Assembly: GCF_042660085.1 (NCBI RefSeq)
Contig: NZ_JBHSTI010000008.1
Location: 990,001-1,022,000 of the forward strand
Length of the DNA: 32,000 nucleotides
Origin: Longivirga aurantiaca
Lineage (GTDB): Bacteria > Actinomycetota > Actinomycetes > S36-B12 > CAIYMF01
Reading direction: 5' to 3'
How positions within the stretch are numbered: position 1 is the first letter of the stretch; every line of letters begins with the position of its first letter. The translations under genes and the position numbers were made by a program. Shown here piece by piece: positions 9,158-19,100 of this stretch. The notes beneath the pieces are model-generated. The model did no database searches, was not told the DNA's origin, and worked only from the letters and a program-made list of their open reading frames with translations.

Positions 9158-10018
9158 ATGACCGACGAACTCACGTCCGTGGGCCAGATGGTCGCGCGCG
9201 CCCGTGCAGCGGCCGGCCTCACCGTGGCGCAGGTCGCCGCCACCACCCGCATCCGCGCCACGCTCGTGTCCGCGATCGAGCAGGACGACTTCCGCCTCTG
9301 CGGCGGCGACGTCTACGCCCGCGGCCACCTCAAGAGCATCGCGACAGCCGTGGGGCTCGACCCTGCCGACGTCGTGGCCCAGTTCGACGCCGACCGCGGC
9401 GCCCAGCGTCCGGTCAGCGCCCCGGTGCAGCCGGTGTCGACGCCCGTCAGCTCGTCCTCGTCGTCGGGCCGCTCGCTCGGTGCCCTCGCCGGCCCGCTCG
9501 GCGTCTCGGTCGAGTCCGGCCGTCGCGGCGGCGGCGCCAACTGGACCGCAGTCATGGCTCTGGCCCTCGTGGTGGTGATCGGCGTCGCCGTCATCTCGGC
9601 GCTGGGCAACCGCAACGGCAGCACCCCCACGGCGCAGCCCACGCCGTCCGCCTCCAGCACGCCGAGCGTGAGCCCGACCCCGACCGACTCCGCGACCGAG
9701 GAGCCGACGCCCGACCCGACCACCAGCCCGACCGACGTCGTGGCCGAGGCCGAGGGCGTCACGGTCGACCTGTCGATCACGGGCAAGGCCTCGTGGGTGC
9801 TCGTGACGAGCTCCTCGGGCAAGGAGCTCTACCAGGGCACGCTCACGACGGGCGACACCAAGACCTTCAAGGACGACAAGCTCATCAAGCTGGTGCTCGG
9901 CAACGCGGGCGCGGTCGCCCTCACGGTCAACGGCCGCGACCTCGGCGCCCCCGGCGGCAACGGCGCGGTCGTGAAGACCGAGTTCGGCCCCGGCGACCCC
10001 AACGGCCAGGCGGGCTGA
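9158..10018 (+). CDS. RodZ-like membrane protein: N-terminal helix-turn-helix, TM segment, Pro/Thr/Ser linker and DUF4115-like C-terminal domain
   Basis: VGQMVARARAAAGLTVAQVAATTRIRATLVSAIEQDDFRLCGGDVYARGHLKSIA; TM MALALVVVIGVAVISAL; C-terminal VDLSITGKASWVLVTSSSGKELYQGTL. ORF track opens at 9116; ATG at 9158 follows a plausible RBS. Confidence 0.82.
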   Translation: MTDELTSVGQMVARARAAAGLTVAQVAATTRIRATLVSAIEQDDFRLCGGDVYARGHLKSIATAVGLDPADVVAQFDADRGAQRPVSAPVQPVSTPVSSSSSSGRSLGALAGPLGVSVESGRRGGGANWTAVMALALVVVIGVAVISALGNRNGSTPTAQPTPSASSTPSVSPTPTDSATEEPTPDPTTSPTDVVAEAEGVTVDLSITGKASWVLVTSSSGKELYQGTLTTGDTKTFKDDKLIKLVLGNAGAVALTVNGRDLGAPGGNGAVVKTEFGPGDPNGQAG

Positions 10019-10075
10019 CCGTCCCGGTCCGCCGCCGCGTCGGAGTCGACGCGCCCAGCCCGTAGGCTCTGCCCC

Positions 10076-11551
10076 ATGACGACGCCGTCCGCCACCCCTC
10101 TGCGCCGCGTCGCCCTCGTCACCCTCGGCTGCGCGCGCAACGAGGTCGACTCCGAGGAGCTCGCCGGCCGCCTCGAGGCGGACGGCTGGGAGCTCGTCGA
10201 GGACGCCGCCGACGCGGACGCCGTGGTGGTCAACACCTGCGGGTTCGTCGAGCAGGCCAAGAAGGACAGCGTCGACGCCCTGCTCGAGGCCGCCGACCTC
10301 AAGGAGACCGGGCGCCCGCAGGCGGTCGTCGCGGTGGGCTGCCTCGCCGAGCGGTACGGCGACCAGCTCGCCGACTCGCTGTCCGAGGCCGACGCCGTGC
10401 TCGGCTTCGACGACTACGCCGACATCGGCGAGCGCCTGCGCCGCATCGTCGCCGGTGAGCAGCACGTGCCGCACGCTCCGCGCGACCGCCGTCTGCTCCT
10501 GCCGATCTCCCCGGTCGAGCGCTCGGAGTCAGGCGTCGCCCTGCCGGGTCACGCGCAGGTCGACGAGCCCGACCTCCCCGAGGGCGTCGCGCCCGCCTCC
10601 GGTCCCCGTGTCGTACGCCGTCGCCTCGGGTCGGGCCCGAGCGCCCCGCTCAAGCTCGCGAGCGGCTGCGACCGCCGGTGCGCGTTCTGCGCGATCCCGT
10701 CGTTCCGAGGATCGTTCGTGTCGCGGCGTCCGTCCGACGTGATCGACGAGGCGCGCTGGCTCGCGACCCAGGGCGTGCGCGAGCTCGTGCTCGTGAGCGA
10801 GAACTCCACGTCGTACGGCAAGGACCTCGGCGACCTGCGCCTGCTCGAGACGCTCCTTCCCGAGCTCGCCGCGATCGAAGGCATCGACTGGGTGCGCGTC
10901 TCCTACCTCCAGCCGGCCGAGACGCGGCCCACGCTGCTGCAGGCCATCGCGAAGACCCCGGGCGTCGTGCCCTACTTCGACCTCTCGTTCCAGCACTCAT
11001 CACCCACGGTGCTGCGTCGCATGCGCCGCTTCGGCGGCACCGAGTCGTTCCTCGAGCTGCTGTCGTCGGCGCGGGCGCTGCTGCCCGAGGCCGGCGCGCG
11101 CAGCAACGTGATCGTGGGCTTCCCGGGCGAGACCGAGGAGGACGTCGAGGAGCTCGAGCGGTTCCTGGTCGCCGCGCGGCTCGACGCCGTCGGCGTCTTC
11201 GGCTACTCCGACGAGGACGGCACCGAGGCAGCGACGTACGACGGCAAGCTCGACGACGAGGTCGTGCGCGCCCGCGTCGAGCGCATGACGGCCCTGGTCG
11301 AGGAGCTCACCTCGCAGCGCGCGGAGGACCGCATCGGCCAGACCGTGCAGGTGCTCGTCGAGGCGATCGGCGACGACGGCGTCGAGGGCCGCAGCGCCCA
11401 CCAGGCGCCGGAGGTCGACGGCCTCACCTTCCTCGTCGACGGCGTCGTGCCGGCGTCCTCGCTCTCGGTGGGCGACCTGGTCACCGCCACCGTGACGGCG
11501 TCGGAGGGCGTCGACCTCGTGGCCGCCGTGACCGCGGTGGTCCCGCGGTGA
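10076..11551 (+). CDS. rimO: Ribosomal protein S12 methylthiotransferase
   Basis: MTTase N-terminus [19 protein letters not shown]; radical [18 protein letters not shown]; [13 protein letters not shown]. Confidence 0.95.
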   Translation: MTTPSATPLRRVALVTLGCARNEVDSEELAGRLEADGWELVEDAADADAVVVNTCGFVEQAKKDSVDALLEAADLKETGRPQAVVAVGCLAERYGDQLADSLSEADAVLGFDDYADIGERLRRIVAGEQHVPHAPRDRRLLLPISPVERSESGVALPGHAQVDEPDLPEGVAPASGPRVVRRRLGSGPSAPLKLASGCDRRCAFCAIPSFRGSFVSRRPSDVIDEARWLATQGVRELVLVSENSTSYGKDLGDLRLLETLLPELAAIEGIDWVRVSYLQPAETRPTLLQAIAKTPGVVPYFDLSFQHSSPTVLRRMRRFGGTESFLELLSSARALLPEAGARSNVIVGFPGETEEDVEELERFLVAARLDAVGVFGYSDEDGTEAATYDGKLDDEVVRARVERMTALVEELTSQRAEDRIGQTVQVLVEAIGDDGVEGRSAHQAPEVDGLTFLVDGVVPASSLSVGDLVTATVTASEGVDLVAAVTAVVPR

Positions 11552-12156
11552 AGCCGCCGCCGCTGGACCACGTCGCCGACCCGGTCCAGTCGCCGTCCGC
11601 GTTGAACCTGCCCAACGCGCTCACCATGCTGCGCCTGCTGCTCGTGCCGGTGTTCGCGTGGCTGCTGCTGCGCGAGGGCGGCGACGACTCTACGTCGCGC
11701 GTGTGGGCGGCCGTGGTCTTCGTGTTCGCCGCCGGAACAGACTTCGTCGACGGCGAGCTCGCGCGTCGCATGAACCTCGTGACCACGTTCGGCAAGGTGG
11801 TCGACCCGATCGCCGACAAGGCGCTCACCGGCACCGCGCTCGTCGGCCTCAGCTACCTCGGCGACCTCCCGTGGTGGGTCACCGTCGTGATCCTCGTGCG
11901 CGAGATCGGCGTGACGCTGCTGCGCTTCGCCGTCATCAAGTACGGCGTCATCGCGGCCAGCCGGGGCGGCAAGGCCAAGACCCTCGCGCAGATGCTCGCG
12001 ATCCTCATGTACCTCCTGCCGCTGTCGGGCTGGCTGGTCACCGCGCGCACCGGCGTGATGCTCGTCGCCGTCGTCCTCACGGTCGTGACAGGAGTCGACT
12101 ACCTGCTGCGCGCCCTGCGTCTGCGCCGCGAGTCGCGCGCACAGGCTGCAGCGTGA
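11548..12156 (+). CDS. pgsA: CDP-alcohol phosphatidyltransferase family protein, probable CDP-diacylglycerol-glycerol-3-phosphate 3-phosphatidyltransferase
   Basis: Motif [29 protein letters not shown] matches D(x)2DG(x)2AR(x)8G(x)3D(x)3D. GTG start overlaps the rimO TGA. Confidence 0.93.
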   Translation: MKPPPLDHVADPVQSPSALNLPNALTMLRLLLVPVFAWLLLREGGDDSTSRVWAAVVFVFAAGTDFVDGELARRMNLVTTFGKVVDPIADKALTGTALVGLSYLGDLPWWVTVVILVREIGVTLLRFAVIKYGVIAASRGGKAKTLAQMLAILMYLLPLSGWLVTARTGVMLVAVVLTVVTGVDYLLRALRLRRESRAQAAA

Positions 12157-12650
12157 GCCAGCCGACGTCGCTCGAGACTGCCGCGCAGCTCGTGCGCGTG
12201 CTCGAGCAGCAGGGCCGCACGCTCGCCGTCGCCGAGTCGCTCACGGGCGGCCTCGTCGCCGCGACGATCGTCGGGGTGCCCGGCGCCTCGAAGGTCTTCC
12301 GCGGGGGAGTCGTGGCGTACGCGACCGAGATCAAGGCGAGCGTCCTCGGCGTCGACGCCGGGCTCATCGAGCGGGTCGGCGCGGTCGACCCCGACGTCGC
12401 CGACGAGATGGCGTACGGCGTCGCGCGCCTGCTCGGTGCCGACTACGGCCTCGCCACCACCGGGGTCGCCGGGCCGGACCCTCAGGACGGCCAGCCGGTC
12501 GGCACGGTGTGGATCTCCGTGGTGGGCCCCGAGGGCGCCCAGGCGGCCACGATCGGCCTCGAGCTCGACCCGGCGCTCGGCCGCCAGGGCATCCGCGAGG
12601 CGGCCCTGGACGAGGCCCTCTCCGCAGCCCTCGACCACATCGCGCTCTGA
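12153..12650 (+). CDS. cinA: CinA C-terminal-domain protein (nicotinamide-nucleotide amidohydrolase-like)
   Basis: TLAVAESLTGGLVAATIVGVPGASKVFRGGVVAYATEIKASVLGV; TTGVAGPDPQDGQPVGTVWI. GTG start overlaps the pgsA TGA. Confidence 0.93.
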   Translation: MSQPTSLETAAQLVRVLEQQGRTLAVAESLTGGLVAATIVGVPGASKVFRGGVVAYATEIKASVLGVDAGLIERVGAVDPDVADEMAYGVARLLGADYGLATTGVAGPDPQDGQPVGTVWISVVGPEGAQAATIGLELDPALGRQGIREAALDEALSAALDHIAL

Positions 12651-12672
12651 CCGACCCGGTTTCACCCGCACA

Positions 12673-12710
12673 GGACGGAAACCGCCCTTCACGGGCGTGT
12701 TCCGTCCTTT
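12673..12710 (+). terminator. Putative terminator after cinA, nested stem plus TTT
   Basis: GGACGGAA...GCCC-TTCAC-GGGC...TTCCGTCC followed by TTT. Confidence 0.7.
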
Positions 12711-12766
12711 CTCGCTGCGCGTCACCAGGCGGCGTCGACGGCCCGCCTCGTCCTAGGGTCGGCCGC

Positions 12767-13315
12767 ATGGTGAGGATCCGGCCCGAGACCGACGACGACC
12801 TCGACGCCGTCCACCGCGTCCATGCCGAGGCCTTCGGCCACGAGCCGGTCGTGGCCGACCTCCTCGCACCGCTGCGCGCCCGGATCGCGCCCCTGCCGGC
12901 GATCGGCTTCGTGGCGGAGGACGAGGGCGACGTCGTCGGCCACGTGCTCGTCACCCACGCGTGGCTCGACGCCCCCCGCAGGCTGGTCGACGTGCACGTG
13001 CTCTCCCCGCTCGGCGTCCTGCCCTCGGAGCAGGGCCGGGGGATCGGGTCGGCGCTGGTCCGGGCCGCCGTTGCCGAGAGCGACCGGCTCGGGGTGCCGG
13101 CGCTGTTCCTCGAGGGCGACCCGGCGTACTACTCCCGCCTCGGGTTCCGGGCGGGCGGCCCGCTGGGGTTCCGCGAGCCGTCGCTGCGCATCCCTCCGGC
13201 GGCGTTCCAGGTGGTGCTGGGGTCGGCGTACGAGCCCTGGATGACCGGCACGCTCGTCTACCCGGACGTCTTCTGGGCGTACGACGCGGTCGGGCTCCGC
13301 GACCCGGACGCCTGA
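12767..13315 (+). CDS. GNAT family N-acetyltransferase
   Basis: [24 protein letters not shown]...[54 protein letters not shown]; QGRGIG acetyl-CoA-binding motif. Confidence 0.9.
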   Translation: MVRIRPETDDDLDAVHRVHAEAFGHEPVVADLLAPLRARIAPLPAIGFVAEDEGDVVGHVLVTHAWLDAPRRLVDVHVLSPLGVLPSEQGRGIGSALVRAAVAESDRLGVPALFLEGDPAYYSRLGFRAGGPLGFREPSLRIPPAAFQVVLGSAYEPWMTGTLVYPDVFWAYDAVGLRDPDA

Positions 13316-13629
13316 CGTCAGGGGACCCGGCCGGATTCCAGGTGGCGGGATGCGGGAACAGGGGCGCAGGATCAGAGCGTTGCACCCTGCACGAACGCTC
13401 GCCGAACACCGCGACGGCCACCTCGACCGCCGCACCCGAACCCCCGGATCGGATGCCCTCAGTGATCACTGCCCCGCCCGCCGTCGGCCCCGCGCGACGC
13501 GCCGACGTACGCCGTCCGGGTGCCCTCGGTGCGTCGGAGGGTGACGCCCGGTACCGTGGTGCCCGTCACACCGGTGCTCCCGTGCCTGCGGGCGCCCGGC
13601 CGATCGAGCCCTCGAGGGGAGGTGCGCCC

Positions 13630-13923
13630 GTGATCGTGCTCCGCCGCGTCATCGGTGACGAGCTCCGTCGCCGCCGTCAGGACCAGGGCCGCACCCTGCG
13701 CGAGGTCTCCTCGGCAGCCCGTGTCTCGCTCGGCTACCTCTCCGAGGTCGAGCGCGGCCAGAAGGAGGCCAGCAGCGAGCTGCTCGCCTCGATCTGCACC
13801 GCCCTGGACGTCCCCCTCGCCATCGTGCTCCGCTCGGTGAGCGACGAGGTCGCGATCCTCGAGGGCGTCGCCCCGGTCACCGAGCTGCCCGTCGCCGCCG
13901 ACTCCGTCGTCGCGGCCGCCTGA
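13630..13923 (+). CDS. clgR: XRE-family helix-turn-helix regulator, ClgR-like
   Basis: [58 protein letters not shown]; position downstream of cinA. GTG start after a GAGGGGAGG RBS. Confidence 0.78.
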   Translation: MIVLRRVIGDELRRRRQDQGRTLREVSSAARVSLGYLSEVERGQKEASSELLASICTALDVPLAIVLRSVSDEVAILEGVAPVTELPVAADSVVAAA

Positions 13924-13931
13924 TCCTCCCC

Positions 13932-14513
13932 GTGCCCGATCGTTCCCCGCGCTCGCGCGCGGGCAACGCCATGGGCCGCACCCGCACCGCCGCGCTCGAG
14001 GGCGCCCGTCGCGTCCTCGCCGAGCACGGCCTGCGCAAGGCCACCATGAGCGACGTCGCCGTGCGCGGCGGCCTGGCCAAGGCCACGCTCTACAACCACT
14101 TCCGCACCAAGGACGACCTCGTCGCGGGCCTCCTCCACGACGACGTCGCCGAGCTCGCCGCCGACTGCCGCGACCTCGCGGCGTCCGACCTCGGCGTCGC
14201 CCTCACCCGCGCCGCCGACGGCGTCGCCACCCACCCCGTGATCGTCGGCCTCCGCTCGGTCGAGCCCACCGCACTGCTTGCGCTCGCCGCGCCCGGCGCG
14301 GGTGAGGCGTGGGACGCCGTCCGCGCCGAGGTGGCCGCGCTGCTCGACGCCGGCGAGCGCGTGTCGGGCCCGTCGCACGTCGACCTCGTCTGCCGCTGGC
14401 TCGCGGGCCACGTGCTCGAGCCCGGCTCGCAGGCCTCGCGCGAGGCCGGTGCGGCCCTGCTCGCCGCGGGCCTGCCCGCCGCCGTCCGCACCACCACCTT
14501 CGCCACCCCCTAG
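13932..14513 (+). CDS. TetR family transcriptional regulator (start could be ATG 13971)
   Basis: RRVLAEHGLRKATMSDVAVRGGLAKATLYNHFRTKDDLVAGLL HTH. Confidence 0.88.
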   Translation: MPDRSPRSRAGNAMGRTRTAALEGARRVLAEHGLRKATMSDVAVRGGLAKATLYNHFRTKDDLVAGLLHDDVAELAADCRDLAASDLGVALTRAADGVATHPVIVGLRSVEPTALLALAAPGAGEAWDAVRAEVAALLDAGERVSGPSHVDLVCRWLAGHVLEPGSQASREAGAALLAAGLPAAVRTTTFATP

Positions 14514-14518
14514 CTCGC

Positions 14519-14567
14519 ACTGATCGATCCGTCGCTTCCTGCACCGGGAGGCGACGGATCGACCAGT
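14519..14567. terminator. Bidirectional terminator-like palindrome, copy 1 of a repeated element
   Basis: ACTGATCGATCCGTCG / CGACGGATCGACCAGT, 16-bp stem with one mismatch, between convergent tetR and nei-type genes. Confidence 0.75.
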
Positions 14568-14568
14568 G

Positions 14569-15384
14569 TCAGCGACGGCGGGTTCGGCGCAGGGGCTCGG
14601 GATGCGGGCCGGGCTGGCAGCGCGGGCACCAGGCCGTGGCCCGGTCGTACGGCGGACCACCCTGCTGCGCCGTCTCGATCGTCGTGCCGCAGCGCAGGCA
14701 CGGCCTTCCCGCACGGCCGTAGACCCAGTGCTCGGTCCGCGGGTCGCCCGTCGTCGACTGCGACGCGTGCACCTTGTTGCGCTCGAGCCAGCGCCGCGCG
14801 ATGTCGACCAGCGCGCCGACGTCGCCGACATCGCCTACTGGCGTCCACGGCGAGACCCTGCCGGCGAAGAGCGTCTCTGCCTTGTAGATGTTGCCGATGC
14901 CGGCGAGGTTCGACTGGTCGAGCAGCGCCTGCCCGATCTCGCGCGCCGGGTCGGCGAGCAGCCGTCGTACGGCCTCGTCGCGGTCGAACGACGGGTCGAG
15001 CAGGTCGGGCCCGAGATGGCCGACCACGTCGGCCTCGTGTCCGGTCTCGACGAGCTCGAGCACGGGCATGCGGTAGCCGATCGCGTCCCACGACGCGGTG
15101 GAGAGCACCACGCGGACCTGCCAGTCGGGCCCGCCGGTCCACCGGGCTCCGGGCCGGTGCAGGTGCCACATGCCGTCCATGCGCAGGTGCGTGTGCAGCG
15201 TGAGGCCGCCCTCGACGCGCGTGAGGATGTGCTTGCCGCGCGGCCGGGTCTCGAGCACGCGGCGTCCGACCAGGTCGGCGGTCGCCAGCTGCGGCACGCG
15301 GAAGTCGCTGCGGGTCAGCAGGTCGCCCGACAGTGCGTCGTCGAGCCGCGTGGCCACCAGCCACACGGTGTCGCCCTCCGGCAT
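14569..15384 (-). CDS. nei: Fpg/Nei family DNA glycosylase/AP lyase (Nei-type)
   Basis: MPEGDTVW N-terminus, GKHILTR, QSNLAGIGNIYKAETLF, C-terminal zinc finger CLRCGTTI...WCPRCQ; RBS GGAGGAGG before the ATG. Confidence 0.93.
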   Translation of the reverse strand: MPEGDTVWLVATRLDDALSGDLLTRSDFRVPQLATADLVGRRVLETRPRGKHILTRVEGGLTLHTHLRMDGMWHLHRPGARWTGGPDWQVRVVLSTASWDAIGYRMPVLELVETGHEADVVGHLGPDLLDPSFDRDEAVRRLLADPAREIGQALLDQSNLAGIGNIYKAETLFAGRVSPWTPVGDVGDVGALVDIARRWLERNKVHASQSTTGDPRTEHWVYGRAGRPCLRCGTTIETAQQGGPPYDRATAWCPRCQPGPHPEPLRRTRRR

Positions 15385-15478
15385 GCCACCTCCTCCTGTC
15401 CGCGCCCAGCCTTCCGGGGAACACGGCTGCGCGCGACCCGCGTTAGGGACACCATCAGGGGATGGACTGGGAGGTCGC

Positions 15479-16144
15479 ATGAGGATCGCAGTTCTCGGCA
15501 CGGGAGTGGTCGGTGCAGCGCTCGGCACCCGTCTGGTGCAGACCGGGCACGAGGTGCGGATGGGCTCGCGCACCGCGGGCAACGAGAAGGCCCAGGCCTG
15601 GGTCGCCGCCACCGGTGCCGGCGCGAGCGAGGGAACGTTCGCCGATGCCGCGGCGTACGGCGAGGTCGTGGTCAACGCCACCGGCGGGCTCGTGTCGCTC
15701 GACGCGCTGACCGCTGCCGGCGCCGACAACCTCGCGGGCAAGGTGCTGCTCGACATCGCCAACCCGCTCGACTTCTCGGGCGGCTTCCCGCCGAAGGTCC
15801 TGCAGCCCGACGGCCGCAGCCTCGGCGAGCAGATCCAGGCGGCGTTCCCGGACACCCGGGTGGTCAAGACGCTCAACACGATGAACGCCGATGTCATGGT
15901 GCATCCCCGCGCGCTCGCGGGGCCGCACTCGGTCTTCGTGGCCGGGGACGACGCCGACGCCAAGGCCGTCGCGCGCGACCTGCTGCTGGGCTTCGGCTGG
16001 ACCGACGACGAGGTCGTCGACGCCGGAGGCATCGCCGCCTCGCGCGGCCTCGAGCTCTACCTGCCGCTGTGGCTCTCGCTCATGGGCTCGTTCGGCACGC
16101 CGTCGTTCAACATCGCCGTCGTCCGCGCGCAGGTCGTCGCCTAG
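15479..16144 (+). CDS. NADPH-dependent F420 reductase/NAD(P)-binding family protein
   Basis: MRIAVLGTGVVGAALGTRLVQTGHEVRMGSRTAGNEKA; NATGG; VVKTLNTMNADVM. Rossmann GxGxxG. Confidence 0.85.
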   Translation: MRIAVLGTGVVGAALGTRLVQTGHEVRMGSRTAGNEKAQAWVAATGAGASEGTFADAAAYGEVVVNATGGLVSLDALTAAGADNLAGKVLLDIANPLDFSGGFPPKVLQPDGRSLGEQIQAAFPDTRVVKTLNTMNADVMVHPRALAGPHSVFVAGDDADAKAVARDLLLGFGWTDDEVVDAGGIAASRGLELYLPLWLSLMGSFGTPSFNIAVVRAQVVA

Positions 16145-19100
16145 CCGCGCAGGCGCAGGCCCTGGGGGGTCGCGACGAAGCCTGCGGCCTCCAGCGCGTT
16201 GCCCAGGGTGGACGCCGGGGCCAGCACCGAGCCGCCGTCCGCGGTCGTCACGGTGAGCCGGCCCAGCGCACCTGTCCTCACCGCACGGGTCAGCTCGGCC
16301 GCGGCGGCCGCGAGCACAGCCTCGTCGTCGGTCCACGACAGCAGGGTGCGGCCACCGCGCTCGACGTAGAGCGCGAGCGCGCCGTCGACGAGCACGACCA
16401 GCGCACCGGCCTTCCGGCCCGGCTTGTGGCCGCTCGCGACGTCCTCGGGCCGCGGGGGCCAGCCGAGCGCCGCGCCGTAGGGGTTGGCGGGGTCGGTGGC
16501 GGCGAGCACGAGGGCGCGCGGCGGTGCGTCGAGGTCGCGGCCGGTCGGCACCGACGCGCGCACGCGGTCGATCGCGCCCGGCAGCGAGAACTGCGCGGCG
16601 CCGAGACCCTCGACGACGTACCCGCGTCGGCAGCGCCCGGCGTCCTCGAACGCCGACAGCACGCGGTAGACGCCGGCGAACCCGCCGGAGACGCGCTCGG
16701 CCGCGACCGCTCCGCGGGTGACGACGCCATGGCGGTCGAGCAGCCCCTCGGCGAGAGCGGCCGCACGCAGGGTGGCATCGGCGGACCGGGGCGGGACGAG
16801 CGACCAGCGCCCGCTGACCGATGGCGGCCCGCTGCGCGTGGGCATCCCGGGACGGGCGGGCCTCGCGTAGCGCCCTCGTGGTCCGATCCGGGGGGCGGCC
16901 GCAGCGGTGCGGGGCTTGCGCGAGGAGCCCGACAGGTGCGAGCGCAGCGGCGCCCACGTGTCGCCGGCGACGTGCCCGGTCCACACGAGGTCCCACAGCG
17001 CCTCGACCAGGGAGGCGTCGTCGACACCCCCGCCACCGGGGTTCACCACCGGCCCGACTCGGTCGGACAGCGCGCGGAAGAACCAGCCGCCTCCGGACGA
17101 CAGCGTGTCGAGCACCGCGCCATGCACAGGAGACTGCTCGAGGTCGAGCACGTCGGGCAGCACGAGATCGGCGGTATCCGCGGGGGCGAGCGCGATCCAG
17201 CCGTCGCCGCCGGGCAGCGATCCGGCACCGGTCCACACCACCTCGCCGGCCGCGGTCAGCTCGTCGAGCATCCCCGGCTGGTAGCCCTCGACGCGCGACG
17301 GCAGCACCAGCGACTCCCACGCCGAGGCCGGCACGATCACGCCGGCAAGCTGCTCGACCACGCGCAGGACGCCGTCGGCGCCGCGCAGGCGTCGTCCGCT
17401 GCCCGGCCCGACGTTCTGCCACGCGGGCAGGAACACGCCGAGCGCCTCGGGCGGCACCGGCTCGGCCTCGCGCCTCAGCGCGGCCACCGACCGCCGGCGG
17501 ATCAGGCGGAGCACGTCGGCGTCGCACCACTCCGAGCCCGAGCCCCCGGGGCGGAACTCGCCGCTCACCACGCGGCCGGACGCCGCGAGCCGCGCGAGCG
17601 CCGCCGTCACGACCGCGGTGCCGAGCCCGAAGGCCGCCGCGGCCTCTGAGGCGTGGAACGGCCCGTGCGTGCGCGCCCAGCGCGAGACGAGGTCGCCCAC
17701 CGGATCGGTGACCGGCTCGAGGAACGCGTCGGGCAGCCCGACCGGCAGCGCCGTGCCGAGCGCGTCGCGCAGCCGGGCGGCGTCCTCCACCGAGGCCACC
17801 GCGGTCTCGCCGCCGACGCGCACCTCGATCGCACGGCGTGCGGCGAGGAGCGAGTCGATCCACTCGGCCTGCGCCCCACGGGCGTGCAGCGCCGCGCGCG
17901 TGAGCGGGCCGAGCATGCGCAGCAGGTCGGCCACGCCCTCGGCGTCACGCGCATGCCGCTCGGGCACGAGCCTCTGGAGCTCGGCCTCGACCTGCGCGAG
18001 GGCGTCGGCGTCGAGCAGGTCGCGCAGCTCGGCCTGGCCGAGCAGCTCGGCGAGGAGCGTGGAGTCGAGCGTGAGTGCGGCGGCGCGCCGTTCGGCGAGG
18101 GGCGAGTCGCCCTCGTAGAGGTACTGCGCGACGTAGCCGAACAGCAGCGACCGCGCGAACGGCGACGGCGTCTGCGTCTCGACCTCGACCACGCGCACCT
18201 CGCGCGACTGCACCGAGCGCATGAGCGAGACGAGGCCGGGCACGTCGTAGACGTCCTGCAGCACCTCGCGCATCGTCTCGAGCACGATCGGGAACGAGCC
18301 GTACTGAGACGCGACCGAGAGCAGCTGCGCCGACCGCTGGCGCTGCTGCCAGAGCGGCGAGCGCTTGCCCGGGTTGCGGCGCGGCAGCAGCAGCGCGCGA
18401 GCCGCCGACTCGCGGAAGCGCGAGGCGAACAGCGCGGATCCGCCGGCCTCGGCGGTGACGAGCGCCTCGACCTCGTCGGGGTCGAGCAGCGTCGACTCGA
18501 GCACGCCGCGCATGACCTCGTCGTCCTCGACGTCGGGCAGGCGCAGCACGATGCCGTCGTCGGCATGCATCACCTGCGCGTCGACTCCGTGCCGTTCGCG
18601 CACACGTGCGCCGATGGCGAGCGCCCACGGCGCGTGCACGCGGGCGCCGAACGGCGAGTGCACCACGATCCGCCAGTCGCCGAGCTCGTCGCGCACCTTC
18701 TCGACCACGATCGTGCGGTCGTCGGGCAGGTGGACCGTGGCGGCCTTCTGGTCGTCGAGGTAGGCGAGCAGGTTGGTGACGGCGTTGTCGTCGAGACCGC
18801 TGTCGGACAGGCGCTTCTCGGCCTTGCCGCGCGCGAGCGCCCCGACCTCGCGGACGTAGGCGCCCATCGCGCGGCCGAGCTCGTAGGGTCGCCCGATCGA
18901 GTCGCCGTGCCAGAACGGAAGGCGGCCGGCGAGCCCGGGGGCGGGGGAGACGAGCACGCGGTCGTGGGTGATGTCCTCGATCCGCCAGCTCGACGCGCCG
19001 AGCGCGAACACGTCGCCCACGCGCGACTCGTAGACCATCTCCTCGTCGAGCTCGCCGACCCGCGAGACCTTCTCGCCCACGAGGAAGACGCCGAACAGTC

